Assembly: GCA_026707145.1 (NCBI GenBank)
Contig: JAPOXK010000021.1
Location: 311,526 to 375,525, forward strand
Origin: Chloroflexota bacterium
GTDB taxonomy: Bacteria; Chloroflexota; Dehalococcoidia; Bin125
Length of the DNA: 64,000 bases
Direction: 5' to 3'
Made by a program: the position numbers and the translations under genes. The notes under the pieces were generated by a model. It saw only the letters and a list, made by a program, of their open reading frames with translations. It was not told the DNA's origin and searched no databases. Position 1 is the first letter of the stretch; each line of letters opens with the position of its first letter. This document shows, piece after piece, positions 62,930 to 64,000 of this stretch.

Positions 62930-64000
62930 CTAGAGGAAAAGGGGACCGAAAACGACTGCAACGATCGCCATCAGCTTCAAAAGGATGTTCAGCGACGGAC
63001 CGGAAGTGTCCTTGAAAGGATCACCCACGGTGTCGCCGACGACGGCAGCCTTATGCGCTTCAGAACCCTTGCCTCCGAGGTTGCCCTCTTCAATGTACTT
63101 TTTGGCATTGTCCCAAGCGCCTCCGGCGTTGGCCATCATGATGGCGAGCATGGAGCCAGCCGCAATGGATCCGATAAGCAGGCCCCCGAGGGATTCCGCC
63201 CCGATCACCGCTCCCACGAAGATCGGCACGGCGACCGCAATGACACCGGGAATGACCATCTGGCGTAGCGCGCCATTGGTCGAGATGGCGACGGCGCGGG
63301 CGTACTCGGGTTGCTCCGAGCCATCCATGATGCCGGGGCGCTCGCGGAACTGGCGCCGCACCTCCTCGACCATGGCCATAGCTGCGCGGCCCACCGCGCC
63401 CATGCTGAGGGCGCTGAAAAGGAAGGGCATCAGCGCGCCAAGCAGGATGCCGATCATGACCTCGAAGTCAAGGAGGTTGAACTCCTGGACGCCAGTGGTA
63501 ATGGAGTAGGTCGCGAGTAGCGCCAGAGCCGTGAGCGTGGCGGAGCCGATCGCGAAGCCCTTGCCGGTAGCGGCGGTCGTATTGCCGAGTTGGTCGAGAG
63601 CATCGGTGCGCTCGCGGACCTCTGCAGGCAAGCCGGCTTGCTCGGCAATACCGCCGGCGTTGTCGGCCACGGGGCCGTAGGCGTCGGTTGCCAGGGTAAT
63701 GCCGAGCGGCGCCAGCATGCCGACCGCCGCCAAGGCGATGCCATAGAGCCCCGCCAGTTCGTGGGTTAGCCAGAGAGCCAAGACGATGGTGATCAAGGGC
63801 ACAGCGGTGGACAACATGCCCAAGCTGAGGCCGCCGATAATCACCGGCCCCGTACCAGACTCCGCCTGATTCGAGAGGCTGATCGTCGGGCGGTAACGGA
63901 AGGGGCCCACGGCGAATCCCTCCGATGAGGTGAACCCCTCGGTCACCGTCGCAATAATCTGCCCCGCTAGCAGCCCAACCAGGATCGCCAGGAAAATGTT
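62930..64000 (-). CDS. hppA: membrane-bound H+/Na+-translocating pyrophosphatase (C-terminal part; N-terminus beyond window)
   Basis: Conserved V-PPase blocks: DNAGGIAEQAGL, GDTVGDPFKDTSGPSLNILLKLM and the C-terminal TM helices. The reading frame remains open to the window edge. Confidence 0.85.
   Translation of the reverse strand, partial: NIFLAILVGLLAGQIIATVTEGFTSSEGFAVGPFRYRPTISLSNQAESGTGPVIIGGLSLGMLSTAVPLITIVLALWLTHELAGLYGIALAAVGMLAPLGITLATDAYGPVADNAGGIAEQAGLPAEVRERTDALDQLGNTTAATGKGFAIGSATLTALALLATYSITTGVQEFNLLDFEVMIGILLGALMPFLFSALSMGAVGRAAMAMVEEVRRQFRERPGIMDGSEQPEYARAVAISTNGALRQMVIPGVIAVAVPIFVGAVIGAESLGGLLIGSIAAGSMLAIMMANAGGAWDNAKKYIEEGNLGGKGSEAHKAAVVGDTVGDPFKDTSGPSLNILLKLMAIVAVVFGPLFL

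Noticed and set aside
1-64000. A CRISPR array, tandem repeats, tRNAs and rRNAs.
   Set aside because: None found. No run of regularly spaced direct repeats, no tRNA cloverleaf in any intergenic gap over 60 nt, and no rRNA-like conserved blocks.

Overview
This is a high-GC (about 65-68% by eye), gene-dense bacterial chromosomal segment with about 64 supportable genes. Nearly all are core housekeeping genes packed with short or overlapping junctions.

Main blocks, in window order:
- A PadR regulator, a PTPS-family protein and a flavodoxin-like protein (1-1466).
- A long co-directional minus-strand array: hflX, dapL, a two-domain GNAT, dapF, miaA, tpiA, apgM (archaeal-type phosphoglycerate mutase), pgk, tsaC.
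- A plus-strand purine operon: guaA, a nucleoside 2-deoxyribosyltransferase (NDT)-like gene, purD, purE, a cupin, purB, purC, purS.
- hisD-hisC-hisB.
- A Zn-dependent phospholipase C-like gene divergent from a long NfeD protease with two C-terminal OB domains.
- birA, a class III aminotransferase, murE.
- The RNase P RNA gene (rnpB) next to a compact operon: COG1579 zinc-ribbon protein, a large serine recombinase with degenerate catalytic motifs, and RNase HI.
- yceD-rpmF-fabD-nusB-acpP, then tatA/B-tatC, a TauE/SafE exporter split into two half-genes, a family-4 UDG, RNase J, ftsK, a fused accD-accA, a minimal class III nucleotidyl cyclase with an N-terminal zinc ribbon, uvrB, ruvA, ruvC, yebC, panC, panB, a DmpA-type peptidase, an SDR, an unassignable alpha-helical protein, fpg, a DUF6159-like membrane protein, polA, uvrA, a 7Fe ferredoxin, a metallophosphoesterase, glyQS, and the 3' part of a membrane pyrophosphatase running off the window.

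I found no CRISPR array, no tRNA, no intact transposon or prophage, and no long repeats. The ORF track appears to translate GTG/TTG starts as M. Several true starts are non-ATG or sit internal to the listed ORF. Many listed ORFs are antisense artefacts of the high-GC content.

The candidates most worth follow-up: (1) the rnpB locus, where a large serine recombinase with apparently dead catalytic motifs sits inside a COG1579 / RNase H operon; (2) the NDT-like gene embedded in the purine operon; (3) the orphan Zn-ribbon class III cyclase. Gene content (DapL, archaeal-type iPGM, fused accDA, RNase J, no hfq beside miaA-hflX) hints at a Chloroflexota/Thermomicrobia-like or similar high-GC lineage. 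That is inference only.
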